Below are positions 39,531 through 52,457 of a DNA stretch of 64,000 bases, piece by piece (the stretch's first letter is position 1; each line of letters opens with the position of its first letter). A program made the translations under genes and the position numbers. The stretch lies in the NCBI RefSeq assembly GCF_000026545.1, contig NC_011601.1; one strand, 5' to 3'. Source of the DNA: Escherichia coli O127:H6 str. E2348/69 (GTDB lineage Bacteria > Pseudomonadota > Gammaproteobacteria > Enterobacterales > Enterobacteriaceae). A model generated the notes under the pieces. The model saw only the letters and a program-made list of their open reading frames with translations. It did no database searches and was not told the DNA's origin.

Positions 39531-40157
39531 ATGAAAAAGATTTGGCTGGCGCTGGCTGGTTTAGTTTTAGCGTTTAGCGCATCGGCGGCGCAGTATGAAG
39601 ATGGTAAACAGTACACTACCCTGGAAAAACCAGTTGCTGGCGCGCCGCAAGTGCTGGAGTTTTTCTCTTTCTTCTGCCCGCACTGCTATCAGTTTGAAGA
39701 AGTTCTGCATATTTCTGATAACGTGAAGAAAAAACTGCCGGAAGGCGTGAAGATGACTAAATACCACGTCAACTTCATGGGGGGTGACCTGGGCAAAGAG
39801 CTGACTCAGGCATGGGCTGTGGCGATGGCGCTGGGCGTGGAAGACAAAGTCACAGTTCCGCTGTTTGAAGGCGTACAAAAAACCCAGACCATTCGTTCAG
39901 CATCTGATATCCGCGATGTATTTATCAACGCAGGTATTAAAGGTGAAGAGTACGACGCGGCGTGGAACAGCTTCGTGGTGAAATCTCTGGTCGCTCAGCA
40001 GGAAAAAGCTGCAGCTGACGTGCAATTGCGTGGTGTTCCGGCGATGTTTGTTAACGGTAAATATCAGCTGAATCCGCAGGGTATGGATACCAGCAATATG
40101 GATGTTTTTGTTCAGCAGTATGCTGATACTGTGAAATATCTGTCCGAGAAAAAATAA
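39531..40157 (+). CDS. dsbA: Periplasmic thiol:disulfide oxidoreductase DsbA
   Basis: 208 aa with signal peptide and CPHC active site. Confidence 0.95.
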   Translation: MKKIWLALAGLVLAFSASAAQYEDGKQYTTLEKPVAGAPQVLEFFSFFCPHCYQFEEVLHISDNVKKKLPEGVKMTKYHVNFMGGDLGKELTQAWAVAMALGVEDKVTVPLFEGVQKTQTIRSASDIRDVFINAGIKGEEYDAAWNSFVVKSLVAQQEKAAADVQLRGVPAMFVNGKYQLNPQGMDTSNMDVFVQQYADTVKYLSEKK

Positions 40158-40174
40158 TTCAATGTAAATTACAT

Positions 40175-40206
40175 AAAGCCCGTGAATATTCACGGGCTTT
40201 TTTTAT
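40175..40206 (+). terminator. dsbA rho-independent terminator
   Basis: AGCCCGTG-AATATT-CACGGGCT followed by TTTTTTT. Confidence 0.8.
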
Positions 40207-40311
40207 TATTAAATAAATATAAATACATTCTGATAATGCGTCCTGCTGCTGGACATTATTTCAGCATAAGTGGATATTCAAAGTTTTGCTGTTTTATCAG
40301 GGAATATTTAT

Positions 40312-41742
40312 ATGATACGTAAGTCAGCTACAGGTGCTATTGTTGCGTTAGCCGTAATCTGGGGTGGTGGCACATGGTACACAGGTACGCAAATTCAACC
40401 TGGTGTCGAAAAGTTTATTAAAGGTTTTAACGATGCTAAAAAGAAAGGTGAACATGCCTACGATATGACGTTAAGTTATAAAAATTTTGACAAAGGCTTT
40501 TTTAATTCCCGTTTTCAAATGCAAATGACATTTGATAACGGTGCACCCGATCTCGATATCAAGCCAGGCCAGAAAATTGTATTTGATGTGGATGTTGAGC
40601 ACGGTCCGTTGCCCATCACAATGTTAATGCGTGGTAATGTCATCCCCGCACTGGCAGCGGCAAAAGTGAAATTAGTGAATAATGAACTGACACAACCGCT
40701 ATTTATCGCCGCGAAAAATAAATCGCCCGTGGAAGCGACATTGCGATTCGCGTTTGGTGGCTCATTCTCCACGACATTAGATGTTGCCCCTGCAGAGTAT
40801 GGAAAGTTTTCTTTTGGTGAAGGCCAGTTTACTTTTAATGGTGATGATAGTTCATTGTCTAACCTGGATATTGAAGGCAAAGTCGAAGATATTGTTCTGC
40901 AATTTTCACCAATGAACAAAGTAACGGCGAAAAGTTTTACCATTAATTCTCTGGCGCGATTAGAAGAAAAGAAATTTCCGGTTGGTGAAAGCGAGTCGAA
41001 ATTTAATCAGGTTAATATTATCAACCAAGGGGAAGTCGTTGCCCAAATCGATGCTTTCGTTGCAAAAACCAGGCTGGATCGCGTTAAAGACAAAGATTAT
41101 ATCAATGTCAATCTGACCTACGAACTTGATAAGTTAATAAAAGGGAATCAGCAACTCGGTAGTGGTGAGTGGTCATTGATTGCTGAATCTATTGATCCAT
41201 CAGCGGTGCGCCAATTTATCATCCAGTATAACATTGCGATGCAGAAGCAGCTTGCTGCACACCCCGAGTTAGCAAACGATGAAGTTGCTCTGCAAGAAGT
41301 GAATGCTGCATTGTTCAAAGAGTATTTACCGTTATTACAAAAAAGTGAGCCGACCATTAAACAACCGGTAAGATGGAAGAACGCACTCGGCGAACTAAAG
41401 GCCAATCTGGATATCAGTATTGCCGACCCAGCCAAATCTTCATCATCCACAAACAAAGATATTAAATCGCTCAATTTTGATATGAAGTTACCGCTTAATG
41501 TCGCCACAGAAACCGCAAAACAGCTTAATTTATCTGAAGGGATGGATGCGGAAAAAGCGCAAAAGCGGGCTGATAAGCAAATCAGTGGGATGATGACATT
41601 AGGTCTGATGTTACAGTTAATCACGATTGACAACAATACCGCCTCGCTGCAACTGCGTTATACACCGGGTAAAGTTGTTTTTAACGGACAGGAGATGAGC
41701 GAAGAAGAATTTATGTCTCGTGCCGGACGTTTTGTTCATTAA
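40312..41742 (+). CDS. yihF: DUF945 periplasmic/outer-membrane-associated protein YihF
   Basis: Start at MIRKSATGAIVALAVIWGGG (signal/anchor), 476 aa. Confidence 0.85.
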   Translation: MIRKSATGAIVALAVIWGGGTWYTGTQIQPGVEKFIKGFNDAKKKGEHAYDMTLSYKNFDKGFFNSRFQMQMTFDNGAPDLDIKPGQKIVFDVDVEHGPLPITMLMRGNVIPALAAAKVKLVNNELTQPLFIAAKNKSPVEATLRFAFGGSFSTTLDVAPAEYGKFSFGEGQFTFNGDDSSLSNLDIEGKVEDIVLQFSPMNKVTAKSFTINSLARLEEKKFPVGESESKFNQVNIINQGEVVAQIDAFVAKTRLDRVKDKDYINVNLTYELDKLIKGNQQLGSGEWSLIAESIDPSAVRQFIIQYNIAMQKQLAAHPELANDEVALQEVNAALFKEYLPLLQKSEPTIKQPVRWKNALGELKANLDISIADPAKSSSSTNKDIKSLNFDMKLPLNVATETAKQLNLSEGMDAEKAQKRADKQISGMMTLGLMLQLITIDNNTASLQLRYTPGKVVFNGQEMSEEEFMSRAGRFVH

Positions 41743-41745
41743 AAT

Positions 41746-41782
41746 ACTCACTCGCCTCTGCTCATTCAGAGGCGAGTAAAAC
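41746..41782. terminator. Bidirectional hairpin terminator between convergent yihF and yihG
   Basis: ACTCGCCTCTG-CTCATTC-AGAGGCGAGT. Confidence 0.7.
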
Positions 41783-42715
41783 TTACTTTTCCTGCCGCTG
41801 TGATGACATCAACGATGTCAGAAGCCGGTCTTTTTCCTGCCACAATGAGTTCAGCCATTGCTGAAAATGGCGCTTAAAGCTTTTGTCATTGATGTAGTCG
41901 CCATGTAACTCATCGGCAATAGGCTGTAAATCCACATGTACGACAATTCGCGTCAGTTTACCGCTTAACATATCGAAGAACGGCTGACGGTTATTGTCCG
42001 GATAACACAGCGTAACATTAAGCAGTTTATCGAATTGTTTACCCAGTACATTTAGCGCCATTGCAATGCCTGCCGCCTTTGGTGGCAACAAGTTTTGAAA
42101 AGTGGAGTGGGTTTGCTGATGTTTTTCTTGCGTGAAACGGGAGCCTTCAACGAAATTGACAATAGTGGTGGGATGCAGGCGAAACTTTTCACAAGAACGC
42201 CGAGTGGTTTCAACATCTTTACCACGTCGCTCCGGATGACGTAATAAATAAGCGCGGGAATAACGCTTCATAAACGGCATATCCAGCGCCCAGCACGCCA
42301 GGCCAAGAAAAGGCACCCAGGCCAGCTGCTGCTTGAGGAAATATTTATTCATCGGAATGTGCTTACGAAACAGCACGCACAGTACGACAATATCTGCCCA
42401 ACTACGGTGGTTACAAATAAGCAGATACCAGTTCTTCTTACTTAACCCTTCCAGCCCGTGAACTTCCCATTGCAGGTATGGGTTCAGATGCAGTAATACC
42501 GCCAGACATTCACACCAGCAATACATCATAAAATCACAAAAACGCGAAACCTTTCGCCAAATGACTGGCACAGGTAGCAATAGTTTTACAATCCCGGCAA
42601 TGATGATCGGGACGGAACAAAAAATAGTGACCAAAATGGTCAATACGATACTCAGCAAAAGGGTTATCGCAGCGAGTATTCTCGTCATAATGAATTTATT
42701 CAAAAGGTTAGCCAT
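41783..42715 (-). CDS. yihG: Acyltransferase-family membrane protein YihG (PlsC-like)
   Basis: Start at [13 protein letters not shown]; NHRSWxD acyltransferase motif. Confidence 0.85.
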   Translation of the reverse strand: MANLLNKFIMTRILAAITLLLSIVLTILVTIFCSVPIIIAGIVKLLLPVPVIWRKVSRFCDFMMYCWCECLAVLLHLNPYLQWEVHGLEGLSKKNWYLLICNHRSWADIVVLCVLFRKHIPMNKYFLKQQLAWVPFLGLACWALDMPFMKRYSRAYLLRHPERRGKDVETTRRSCEKFRLHPTTIVNFVEGSRFTQEKHQQTHSTFQNLLPPKAAGIAMALNVLGKQFDKLLNVTLCYPDNNRQPFFDMLSGKLTRIVVHVDLQPIADELHGDYINDKSFKRHFQQWLNSLWQEKDRLLTSLMSSQRQEK

Positions 42716-42946
42716 AGACAGTGCGCTAAAGAAGCGCAAGGCGCAGATTTTAGCAGAAAACGACCCAAATAACGGATGATCCTTAAGGAGAAAAATAATT
42801 CATATCTATCCACATTAGAAAAAATCCCATTATCTCAATTATTAGGGATGGCTTTATTTTTAACTGCATGAAAAACAAAGACAAACATCATGCTGTAAAA
42901 AGCATGATAATAAATTAAAAGCGATGTAAATAATTTATGCACAAAG

Positions 42947-42955
42947 TTATCCACA
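42947..42955. promoter_or_regulatory. Consensus DnaA box TTATCCACA in the polA upstream region
   Basis: Exact 9-mer consensus about 125 bp upstream of polA; a second 8/9 match (TATCCACA) at 42807-42814. Confidence 0.5.
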
Positions 42956-43078
42956 TGACGATTTGCGAGCGATCCAGAAGATCTACAAAAGATTTTCGCG
43001 AAAAGCGGTGAAAAACTCATGTTTTTATCCTGTCTGTGGCATCCTTTACCCATAATCTGATAAACAGGCACGGACATT

Positions 43079-45865
43079 ATGGTTCAGATCCCCCAAAATC
43101 CACTTATCCTTGTAGATGGTTCATCTTATCTTTATCGCGCATATCACGCGTTTCCCCCGCTGACTAACAGCGCAGGCGAGCCGACCGGTGCGATGTATGG
43201 TGTCCTCAACATGCTGCGCAGTCTGATCATGCAATATAAACCGACGCATGCAGCGGTGGTCTTTGACGCCAAGGGAAAAACCTTTCGTGATGAACTGTTT
43301 GAACATTACAAATCACATCGCCCACCAATGCCGGACGATCTGCGTGCACAAATCGAACCCTTGCACGCGATGGTTAAAGCGATGGGACTGCCGCTGCTGG
43401 CGGTTTCTGGCGTAGAAGCGGACGACGTTATCGGTACTCTGGCGCGCGAAGCCGAAAAAGCCGGGCGTCCGGTGCTGATCAGCACTGGCGATAAAGATAT
43501 GGCGCAGCTGGTGACACCAAATATCACGCTTATCAACACCATGACGAATACCATCCTCGGACCGGAAGAGGTGGTGAATAAGTACGGCGTGCCGCCAGAA
43601 CTGATCATCGATTTCCTGGCGCTGATGGGTGACTCCTCTGATAACATTCCCGGCGTACCGGGCGTCGGTGAAAAAACCGCGCAGGCATTGCTGCAAGGTC
43701 TTGGCGGGCTGGATACGCTGTATGCCGAGCCAGAAAAAATTGCTGGGTTGAGCTTCCGTGGCGCGAAAACAATGGCAGCGAAGCTCGAGCAAAACAAAGA
43801 AGTTGCTTATCTCTCATACCAGCTGGCGACGATTAAAACCGACGTTGAGCTGGAGCTGACCTGTGAACAACTGGAAGTGCAGCCACCGGCGGCGGAAGAG
43901 TTGTTAGGGCTGTTCAAAAAGTATGAGTTCAAACGCTGGACTGCTGATGTCGAAGCGGGCAAATGGCTACAGGCTAAAGGGGCGAAACCCGCAGCCAGGC
44001 CGCAGGAAACCAGTGTTGCAGACGAAGCGCCAGAAGTGACGGCAACGGTGATTTCTTATGACAACTACGTCACCATCCTTGATGAAGAAACACTGAAAGA
44101 GTGGATTGCGAAGCTGGAAAAAGCGCCGGTATTTGCATTTGATACCGAAACCGACAGCCTTGATAACATCTCTGCTAACCTGGTCGGGCTTTCTTTTGCT
44201 ATCGAGCCAGGCGTAGCGGCATATATTCCGGTTGCTCATGATTATCTTGATGCGCCCGATCAAATCTCTCGCGAGCGTGCACTCGAGTTGCTAAAACCGC
44301 TGCTGGAAGATGAAAAGGCGCTGAAGGTCGGGCAAAACCTGAAATACGATCGCGGTATTCTGGCGAACTACGGCATTGAACTACGTGGGATTGCGTTTGA
44401 TACCATGCTGGAGTCCTACATTCTCAATAGCGTTGCCGGGCGTCACGATATGGACAGCCTCGCGGAACGTTGGTTGAAGCACAAAACCATCACTTTTGAA
44501 GAGATTGCGGGTAAAGGCAAAAATCAACTGACCTTTAACCAGATTGCCCTCGAAGAAGCCGGACGTTACGCCGCCGAAGATGCAGATGTCACCTTGCAGT
44601 TGCATCTGAAAATGTGGCCGGATCTGCAAAAACACAAAGGGCCGTTGAACGTCTTCGAGAATATCGAAATGCCGCTGGTGCCGGTGCTTTCACGCATTGA
44701 ACGTAACGGTGTGAAGATCGATCCGAAAGTGCTGCACAATCACTCTGAAGAGCTCACCTTGCGTCTGGCTGAGCTGGAAAAGAAAGCTCATGAAATTGCA
44801 GGTGAAGAATTTAACCTTTCTTCCACCAAGCAGTTACAAACCATTCTGTTTGAAAAACAGGGCATTAAACCGCTGAAGAAAACTCCGGGTGGCGCGCCGT
44901 CAACGTCGGAAGAGGTACTGGAAGAACTGGCGCTGGACTATCCGTTGCCAAAAGTGATTCTGGAGTATCGTGGTCTGGCGAAGCTGAAATCGACCTACAC
45001 CGACAAGCTGCCGTTGATGATCAACCCGAAAACCGGGCGTGTACATACCTCTTATCACCAGGCAGTAACCGCAACGGGACGTTTATCGTCAACCGATCCT
45101 AACCTGCAAAACATTCCGGTGCGTAACGAAGAAGGTCGCCGTATCCGCCAGGCGTTTATTGCGCCAGAGGATTATGTGATTGTCTCAGCGGACTACTCGC
45201 AGATTGAACTGCGCATTATGGCGCATCTCTCGCGTGACAAAGGCTTGCTGACCGCATTCGCGGAAGGAAAAGATATCCACCGTGCAACGGCGGCAGAAGT
45301 GTTTGGTTTGCCACTGGAAACCGTCACCAGCGAGCAACGTCGTAGCGCGAAAGCGATCAACTTTGGTCTGATTTATGGCATGAGTGCTTTCGGTCTGGCG
45401 CGGCAATTGAACATTCCGCGTAAAGAAGCGCAGAAGTACATGGACCTTTACTTCGAACGCTACCCTGGCGTGCTGGGGTATATGGAACGCACCCGTGCTC
45501 AGGCGAAAGAGCAGGGCTACGTTGAAACGCTGGACGGACGCCGTCTGTATCTGCCGGATATCAAATCCAGCAATGGTGCTCGTCGTGCAGCGGCTGAACG
45601 TGCAGCCATTAACGCGCCAATGCAGGGAACCGCCGCCGACATTATCAAACGGGCGATGATTGCCGTTGATGCGTGGCTACAGGCTGAGCAACCGCGTGTG
45701 CGTATGATCATGCAGGTACACGATGAACTGGTATTTGAAGTCCATAAAGATGATGTCGATGCCGTCGCGAAGCAGATTCATCAACTGATGGAAAACTGTA
45801 CCCGTCTGGATGTGCCGTTACTGGTGGAAGTGGGGAGTGGCGAAAACTGGGATCAGGCGCACTAA
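43079..45865 (+). CDS. polA: DNA polymerase I
   Basis: 928-aa product [45 protein letters not shown]...; 5'-3' exo, 3'-5' exo and polymerase domains. Confidence 0.98.
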   Translation: MVQIPQNPLILVDGSSYLYRAYHAFPPLTNSAGEPTGAMYGVLNMLRSLIMQYKPTHAAVVFDAKGKTFRDELFEHYKSHRPPMPDDLRAQIEPLHAMVKAMGLPLLAVSGVEADDVIGTLAREAEKAGRPVLISTGDKDMAQLVTPNITLINTMTNTILGPEEVVNKYGVPPELIIDFLALMGDSSDNIPGVPGVGEKTAQALLQGLGGLDTLYAEPEKIAGLSFRGAKTMAAKLEQNKEVAYLSYQLATIKTDVELELTCEQLEVQPPAAEELLGLFKKYEFKRWTADVEAGKWLQAKGAKPAARPQETSVADEAPEVTATVISYDNYVTILDEETLKEWIAKLEKAPVFAFDTETDSLDNISANLVGLSFAIEPGVAAYIPVAHDYLDAPDQISRERALELLKPLLEDEKALKVGQNLKYDRGILANYGIELRGIAFDTMLESYILNSVAGRHDMDSLAERWLKHKTITFEEIAGKGKNQLTFNQIALEEAGRYAAEDADVTLQLHLKMWPDLQKHKGPLNVFENIEMPLVPVLSRIERNGVKIDPKVLHNHSEELTLRLAELEKKAHEIAGEEFNLSSTKQLQTILFEKQGIKPLKKTPGGAPSTSEEVLEELALDYPLPKVILEYRGLAKLKSTYTDKLPLMINPKTGRVHTSYHQAVTATGRLSSTDPNLQNIPVRNEEGRRIRQAFIAPEDYVIVSADYSQIELRIMAHLSRDKGLLTAFAEGKDIHRATAAEVFGLPLETVTSEQRRSAKAINFGLIYGMSAFGLARQLNIPRKEAQKYMDLYFERYPGVLGYMERTRAQAKEQGYVETLDGRRLYLPDIKSSNGARRAAAERAAINAPMQGTAADIIKRAMIAVDAWLQAEQPRVRMIMQVHDELVFEVHKDDVDAVAKQIHQLMENCTRLDVPLLVEVGSGENWDQAH

Positions 45866-46013
45866 GATTCGCCTGAACATGCCCTTTTTTCGTAAGTAAG
45901 CAACATAAGCTGTCACGTTTTGTGATGGCTATTAGAAATTCCTATGCAACAACTGAAAAAAAATTACAAAAAATGCTTTCTGAACTGAACAAAAAAGAGT
46001 AAAGTTAGTCGCG

Positions 46014-46122
46014 TAGGGTACAGAGGTAAGATGTTCTATCTTTCAGACCTTTTACTTCACGTAATCGGATTTGGCTGAATATTTTAGCCGCCCCAGTCAG
46101 TAATGACTGGGGCGTTTTTTAT
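46014..46122 (+). ncRNA. spf: Spot 42 small regulatory RNA
   Basis: GTAGGGTACAGAGGTAAGATGTTCTATCTTTCAGACC...GCCGCCCCAGTCAGTAATGACTGGGGCGTTTTTTA; conserved polA-engB intergenic location. Confidence 0.9.
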
Positions 46123-46139
46123 TGGGCGAAAGAAAAGAT

Positions 46140-46235
46140 CCGTAATGCCTGATACGCCATGTTTATCAGGCCAACGGTAGAATTGTAATCTATTGAATTT
46201 ACGGGCCGGATACGCCATATCCGGCACAAGCATTA
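46140..46235. repeat. REP elements downstream of spf
   Basis: GCCTGATACGCCATGTTTATCAGGCC and CGGGCCGGATACGCCATATCCGGCAC palindromic units. Confidence 0.7.
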
Positions 46236-46246
46236 AGGCAAGAAAA

Positions 46247-46894
46247 TTATTCGCCGTCCTGCGTTTCTTCTACAGGCTGCATCTCGCTAAACCAGGTATC
46301 CAGTTTCTGCCGCAGCTTGTCCACGCCTTGTTTCTTCAGCGAAGAAAACGTTTCAACCTGCACATCACCGTTAAACGCCAGCACCGCTTCACGCACCATA
46401 TTCAATTGCGCTTTACGTGCGCCGCTTGCCAGTTTGTCCGCTTTGGTCAGCAGTACCAGCACGGCGATATTGCTGTCTACCGCCCACTCAATCATCTGCT
46501 GATCCAAATCTTTCAGCGGATGGCGAATATCCATTAGCACCACCAGACCTTGCAGGCTCTGACGTTTTTCGAGGTACTCGCCGAGCGCGCGCTGCCATTT
46601 GCGCTTCATCTCTTCCGGGACTTCCGCATAACCGTACCCAGGCAAGTCAACCAGACGCTTGCCGTCAGCCACTTCAAACAGGTTGATAAGCTGGGTGCGC
46701 CCCGGGGTTTTTGAGGTACGAGCCAGGCTTTTCTGGTTAGTCAGCGTGTTCAGCGCGCTGGATTTACCTGCGTTGGAACGGCCTGCAAAAGCCACTTCAA
46801 TTCCGGTATCGGAAGGTAGGTGGCGAATATCAGGCGCACTCATCACAAAATGCGTCTGTTGATAATTCAAATTAGTCAAAGCGGTCGTCTCCAT
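46247..46894 (-). CDS. engB: Ribosome biogenesis GTPase EngB (YihA)
   Basis: G1 motif GRSNAGKSS; exact start uncertain (six-frame ORF begins [10 protein letters not shown]; the recalled K-12 product starts at MTNLN). Confidence 0.9.
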
Positions 46895-47149
46895 CAGTCA
46901 AAGCTTTGCGGCGATTATACCTGAACCATAATAAAAGGCGGATTTTTCGGCGTGAGCGTTGTAAGTAAAAGCCATATGCTTTGTGAGACATTGCCGATAG
47001 TCTTTATGCGAAATAGCAGAGAAAATTCTGCGACGTATGTCAAATAAGCTATATAAATCAGTTAATTGCTTTTATATAAAACTCTGAAAATGTGCAAATA
47101 CTGATGGCGGTTGATTGTTTATTTAAAGCAAAGGCGTAAAGTAGCACCC

Positions 47150-47392
47150 ATAGAGCGAGGACGCTAACAGGAACAATGACTCAGGATGAGGGTCAGGAGC
47201 GCCAGGAGGCGAAGACAGAGGATTGTCAGGAAGATAAACGTCCGGAGACGTAATTAAATGGAAATGGAATCAACACGGATTGTTCCGGCTAATGGAAAAA
47301 CAGGGTGTGTTGGCGGCCTGCAAGGATTGTAAGACCCGTTAAGGGTTATGAGTCAGGAAAAAAGGCGACAGAGTAATCTGTCGCCTTTTTTC
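47150..47392 (+). ncRNA. csrC: CsrC, CsrA-sequestering small RNA
   Basis: Begins ATAGAGCGAGGACGCTAACAGG; multiple GGA-containing motifs (CAGGATG, CAGGAGC, CAGGAGG, CAGGAAG, ACGGA, AAGGA); terminator GGCGACAG-AGTAAT-CTGTCGCC plus T-run; conserved engB-yihI location. Confidence 0.8.
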
Positions 47393-47460
47393 TTTGCTTG
47401 CTTTCTGTTAGATTCCGCCGCAAATCTATACTGAATAAAACGGCTAAAAGACGAACCATT

Positions 47461-47970
47461 ATGAAACCATCATCTTCAAACTCACGCAGCAAAGGTCATG
47501 CAAAAGCGCGTCGAAAAACACGCGAGGAGCTGGATCAGGAAGCTCGTGACCGTAAGCGTCAGAAAAAACGTCGTGGTCATGCGCCGGGCAGCCGCGCAGC
47601 GGGCGGTAACACCACGTCAGGCAGCAAAGGTCAGAACGCACCAAAAGATCCACGTATTGGCAGTAAAACCCCTATTCCATTGGGCGTGACTGAAAAAGTC
47701 ACCAAACAGCACAAACCGAAGAGTGAGAAACCTATGCTTTCACCGCAGGCGGAGTTGGAGTTACTGGAAACGGATGAGCGTCTGGATGCGCTGCTGGAAC
47801 GTCTGGAAGCAGGCGAAACCCTGAGCGCCGAAGAGCAATCCTGGGTGGATGCCAAACTGGATCGTATTGATGAGTTGATGCAGAAACTCGGCCTCTCTTA
47901 TGACGATGACGAAGAAGAGGAAGAAGACGAGAAGCAAGAAGACATGATGCGTCTGCTGCGGGGCAACTAA
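47461..47970 (+). CDS. yihI: Der GTPase-activating protein YihI
   Basis: Start at [24 protein letters not shown], 169 aa, basic N-terminus and acidic C-terminus. Confidence 0.9.
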   Translation: MKPSSSNSRSKGHAKARRKTREELDQEARDRKRQKKRRGHAPGSRAAGGNTTSGSKGQNAPKDPRIGSKTPIPLGVTEKVTKQHKPKSEKPMLSPQAELELLETDERLDALLERLEAGETLSAEEQSWVDAKLDRIDELMQKLGLSYDDDEEEEEDEKQEDMMRLLRGN

Positions 47971-48158
47971 CGGATTGCCGCCGTGGGCCTTCCCGTTCTG
48001 CTGATAACCCTTCCGGTTATATGTTATCTGGTGTGGTTATTCGTTAAACTACAGCGGTTGTCGCGGCGACAAAAGTGGCTGCGCAACCGGCTGATGACTC
48101 GAAACGGGCATCCGCCGGTACGCCGTAGCCGCCAGAGACGCCATCGGAAGGAGTGAGC

Positions 48159-49532
48159 ATGTCTGTACAGCAAATCGACTGGGATCTGGCCCTGATCCAG
48201 AAATATAACTATTCCGGGCCACGATACACCTCGTACCCGACCGCGCTGGAGTTTTCAGAAGACTTCGGCGAACAGGCGTTTTTACAAGCCGTGGCGCGCT
48301 ATCCTGAGCGTCCATTATCTCTCTACGTACATATTCCGTTCTGCCATAAGCTTTGTTACTTCTGCGGTTGCAATAAGATTGTTACTCGCCAGCAGCACAA
48401 GGCCGATCAGTATCTGGACGCGCTGGAGCAAGAAATCGTCCATCGTGCACCGCTGTTCGCCGGGCGTCACGTCAGCCAATTGCACTGGGGCGGCGGAACG
48501 CCGACGTATCTGAATAAAGCGCAAATCAGCCGTCTGATGAAGCTGCTGCGCGAAAACTTCCAGTTCAATGCCGATGCGGAGATCTCGATCGAAGTCGATC
48601 CGCGGGAAATCGAACTGGATGTACTCGATCATTTACGCGCCGAAGGCTTTAATCGGCTGAGCATGGGCGTGCAGGACTTCAACAAAGAAGTGCAACGTCT
48701 GGTTAACCGCGAGCAGGATGAAGAGTTCATCTTTGCACTGCTTAACCATGCGCGTGAGATTGGCTTTACCTCCACCAACATCGACCTGATTTACGGCCTG
48801 CCGAAACAGACGCCGGAGAGTTTCGCCTTTACCCTGAAACGCGTGGCGGAGCTGAACCCCGATCGTCTGAGCGTCTTTAACTACGCGCATTTGCCGACCA
48901 TTTTTGCTGCTCAGCGCAAAATCAAAGACGCTGAACTGCCGAGTCCGCAGCAAAAACTCGATATCCTGCAGGAAACCATCGCCTTCCTGACACAATCGGG
49001 CTATCAGTTTATCGGTATGGATCACTTTGCCCGTCCGGATGACGAGCTGGCGGTGGCCCAGCGTGAAGGCGTGCTGCATCGTAACTTCCAGGGCTACACC
49101 ACTCAGGGCGATACCGATCTGCTGGGGATGGGCGTTTCCGCCATCAGCATGATTGGCGACTGCTACGCGCAGAACCAGAAAGAGTTGAAGCAGTACTATC
49201 AGCAAGTGGATGAACAAGGCAATGCGCTGTGGCGTGGTATTGCGCTAACGCGTGATGACTGTATTCGCCGCGATGTGATTAAGTCGCTCATCTGCAACTT
49301 CCGTCTGGATTACGCCCCTATTGAGCAACAGTGGGATTTGCTCTTCGCTGATTACTTTGCGGAAGATCTCAAGTTGCTCGCCCCGTTAGCAAAAGATGGG
49401 CTGGTGGATGTGGATGAGAAGGGAATACAGGTGACGGCGAAAGGTCGCTTGCTGATCCGCAACATTTGCATGTGCTTTGATACCTATCTGCGCCAGAAAG
49501 CGCGGATGCAGCAGTTCTCTCGGGTGATTTAA
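48159..49532 (+). CDS. hemN: Oxygen-independent coproporphyrinogen III oxidase (radical SAM)
   Basis: Start at MSVQQIDWDLALIQKY; CxxxCxxC radical-SAM motif (CHKLCYFCGC). Confidence 0.95.
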   Translation: MSVQQIDWDLALIQKYNYSGPRYTSYPTALEFSEDFGEQAFLQAVARYPERPLSLYVHIPFCHKLCYFCGCNKIVTRQQHKADQYLDALEQEIVHRAPLFAGRHVSQLHWGGGTPTYLNKAQISRLMKLLRENFQFNADAEISIEVDPREIELDVLDHLRAEGFNRLSMGVQDFNKEVQRLVNREQDEEFIFALLNHAREIGFTSTNIDLIYGLPKQTPESFAFTLKRVAELNPDRLSVFNYAHLPTIFAAQRKIKDAELPSPQQKLDILQETIAFLTQSGYQFIGMDHFARPDDELAVAQREGVLHRNFQGYTTQGDTDLLGMGVSAISMIGDCYAQNQKELKQYYQQVDEQGNALWRGIALTRDDCIRRDVIKSLICNFRLDYAPIEQQWDLLFADYFAEDLKLLAPLAKDGLVDVDEKGIQVTAKGRLLIRNICMCFDTYLRQKARMQQFSRVI

Positions 49533-49599
49533 ATTGTGAATGGCGCTTCGTTTACAAAGTAGAAAACGAAAGCGCCATCAATGTGCTGAGAACAAGATT

Positions 49600-49745
<146 letters not shown>

Positions 49746-49986
49746 CCGGCGTAAACAACGAGCTTCAGCTAAACAGCCCTATCATCGCGGCACACAGCAC
49801 GGCAGCAACAGCAGTTTGCGGTGTGTGGCTGTCAACTGCGCCACTCGATACCAGATTAATTATTGATTCCAGCATAATGACTCTCCCCGTTTTCCGGGCA
49901 AGATCATACTGAACTTATAGGAACAGTAAAGCGCAAAATACCAGCAATTTGCGCTCAATAATCAATCTTTACACACAAGCCGTGAA

Positions 49987-51396
49987 TCACTCCATCCCCA
50001 GCTCTTTTAACTTACGCGTCAGGGTGTTGCGGCCCCAGCCAAGTAGCCGCGCCGCTTCCTGTTTATGCCCCTGCGTATGTCGCAGCGCGGTGGTCAGTAA
50101 CGTCCGTTCCAGCTCTGGCTGTGCTTCGGAAAGCAGGTTTTGATGACCGGAACGCAGCGCTCTGTCTGCCCACTGTGCTAACAGCGTTGCCCAACTGTCC
50201 GGCTGCATGTGCGAAGGGCTTTCTGCTACGGTGGATTCAAACAGTTCGCCAGGCAAATCCTGAATCAACACTTCCTGTCCGGCAGCCATTACCGTTAGCC
50301 AGCGGCAGGTGTTTTCCAGCTGGCGCACGTTGCCTGGCCACGTCAGACGCGTCAGCGCGGCTTCGGTTTCCGGATGCAGCAACTTCGCTTCTACGCCCAG
50401 CTCTCGCGCGGCAACCTGTAAAAAATGGCGCGCCAGACGGGGAATATCTTCCCGACGTTCGCGCAGCGGCGGCAGATGAACGCGGATGACGTTCAGGCGG
50501 TGGAACAGATCCTCACGGAACTTGCCTTCCTGCACCCGCTGTTCAAGATTCTGGTGAGTGGCAGCGATAATCCGCACATCTACTTTCACCGGCGCATAGC
50601 CGCCAACGCGATAAAACTGACCGTCTGCCAGCACGCGCAGCAAACGCGTCTGCACATCTAGCGGCATATCGCCAATTTCATCGAGAAATAATGTACCGCC
50701 ATCAGCCTGTTCAAAACGCCCCTGACGAATGGTATTCGCGCCGGTAAATGCGCCTTTCTCGTGACCAAACAGTTCGGATTCGATCAAATCCTTCGGGATA
50801 GCCGCCATATTGAGCGCGATAAACGGCGCTTTGGCTCGCGGACTGTGGCGATGCAGGGCATGAGCGACCAGTTCTTTACCGGTGCCGGACTCGCCGTTAA
50901 TCAGCACGCTAATAGAAGAACGCGAAAGCCGACCGATAATCCGGAACACGTCCTGCATGGCTGGCGCCTCACCGATGATATCGGTCGTTGGGCCGTTAAG
51001 CTGAACATTACGCGGCTGCTGCTGTTCCTGGTAATGACTGATGGCGCGCTCAACCAGCGCCACGGCTTCGTCGATATCAAACGGTTTGGGCAGATAATCA
51101 AATGCCCCTTGTTGATAGGCGCTGACGGCAGCATCCAGATCGGAATGTGCGGTCATAATGATGACCGGAAGCATCGGATGGCGCTGTTTAATCTGCTTGA
51201 GCAGCGCCAGCCCGTCCATTCCCGGCATACGGATATCTGAAAGCAGCACATCCGGCGTTTTGCTCGCCAGCGCCTCCAGTACTTCCGCGCCGTTCTCAAA
51301 TGTCGTACAGGTTAAACCCGCTCCAGCGAGCGCACGTTCAAGCACCCAACGGATGGAACTATCGTCATCGACTACCCAGACTATCCCTCGTTGCAT
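49987..51396 (-). CDS. glnG: Nitrogen regulation response regulator NtrC (sigma-54 activator)
   Basis: Start at [12 protein letters not shown] (ATG 51396); AAA+ GESGTGKE motif; C-terminal HTH. Confidence 0.95.
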   Translation of the reverse strand: MQRGIVWVVDDDSSIRWVLERALAGAGLTCTTFENGAEVLEALASKTPDVLLSDIRMPGMDGLALLKQIKQRHPMLPVIIMTAHSDLDAAVSAYQQGAFDYLPKPFDIDEAVALVERAISHYQEQQQPRNVQLNGPTTDIIGEAPAMQDVFRIIGRLSRSSISVLINGESGTGKELVAHALHRHSPRAKAPFIALNMAAIPKDLIESELFGHEKGAFTGANTIRQGRFEQADGGTLFLDEIGDMPLDVQTRLLRVLADGQFYRVGGYAPVKVDVRIIAATHQNLEQRVQEGKFREDLFHRLNVIRVHLPPLRERREDIPRLARHFLQVAARELGVEAKLLHPETEAALTRLTWPGNVRQLENTCRWLTVMAAGQEVLIQDLPGELFESTVAESPSHMQPDSWATLLAQWADRALRSGHQNLLSEAQPELERTLLTTALRHTQGHKQEAARLLGWGRNTLTRKLKELGME

Positions 51397-51407
51397 AAAC
51401 GTCACCT

Positions 51408-52457
51408 TTATTTCCTGATAGGCAGGTAAACCGAGAACTCGGTATGACCTGGCCAACTGGTAAATTCAATTTTGCCTGAATGCTGATCAATCAAATTACG
51501 GGCGATGGATAAGCCAAGCCCGGTGCCACCTTCGCGGCCGCTGACCATCGGGTAAAACAGCGTATCCTGCAAATGAGGCGGAATGCCCGGCCCGTTATCT
51601 TCCACATCAATCCGCGCCGCCAGCCGATAGCGCTCGCCGTGTAAGGTCAGTTGAAACGCTGTGCGGGTACGCAGAATGATTTCACCACCCTCCGGCCCCA
51701 GCGCCTGTAGCGCATTGCGCACAATATTCAGCAAGACCTGTTCAATTTGATCCGGGTCGTGCGCCAGTTCCGGCAGGCTGGGGTCGTAATCCCGAATCAA
51801 CCGCACGTTGTTCGGCAGTTCCATCGACACCAGCGTCACCACGCGTTCAGCCACTTTGTGAATACTTTCGGTAATGCGCGTACCGGGCAGCTGCGGCCCC
51901 AACAGACGGTCGACCAGATTTCGCAGCCGGTCCGCCTGTTCGATAATCACTTTGGTATATTCGAGTAGTGACGGGTCAGGTAATGCTTTGCTGAGCAGCT
52001 GCGCCGCGCCACGTAAACCGCCAAGCGGATTTTTAATCTCATGTGCCAGGCCGCGCACTAAATCACGGGCAGCAACCTGCTGGGCGTGCTGTAGCTGTTC
52101 CTGACTTAAGCGGCGCTGGTTATCCATCGGTGCCATCTCCAGCAGGATCATGCCGTCCGGCATACGCTGAGCCGTCACAGAAAGGATATGCGAGCGCCCG
52201 TCGATGACCAGCGTCACTTCGTTATCGGTAAAACCTTGCCCCGCCTCCAGACTTTCTTGCATCAGCTCGATATTTAATGAGAAGTAGCTCAACAGTTCCG
52301 GTAACGGCGTACCAAACAATTTGCGGGAGCTTTGGGCGAGCAGTTGTTGCGCGGCGGGGTTGGCGTAATGGATCGCCAGATTGTCATCGATTAACAAAAT
52401 ACTGTTAATCAGCGAGTTGAGGATCTGCCCAGCATCGGGCTGCGTGCCTGTTGCCAT
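51408..52457 (-). CDS. glnL: Nitrogen regulation sensor histidine kinase NtrB
   Basis: 349 aa, H-box HEIKNPLGG. Confidence 0.95.
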   Translation of the reverse strand: MATGTQPDAGQILNSLINSILLIDDNLAIHYANPAAQQLLAQSSRKLFGTPLPELLSYFSLNIELMQESLEAGQGFTDNEVTLVIDGRSHILSVTAQRMPDGMILLEMAPMDNQRRLSQEQLQHAQQVAARDLVRGLAHEIKNPLGGLRGAAQLLSKALPDPSLLEYTKVIIEQADRLRNLVDRLLGPQLPGTRITESIHKVAERVVTLVSMELPNNVRLIRDYDPSLPELAHDPDQIEQVLLNIVRNALQALGPEGGEIILRTRTAFQLTLHGERYRLAARIDVEDNGPGIPPHLQDTLFYPMVSGREGGTGLGLSIARNLIDQHSGKIEFTSWPGHTEFSVYLPIRK

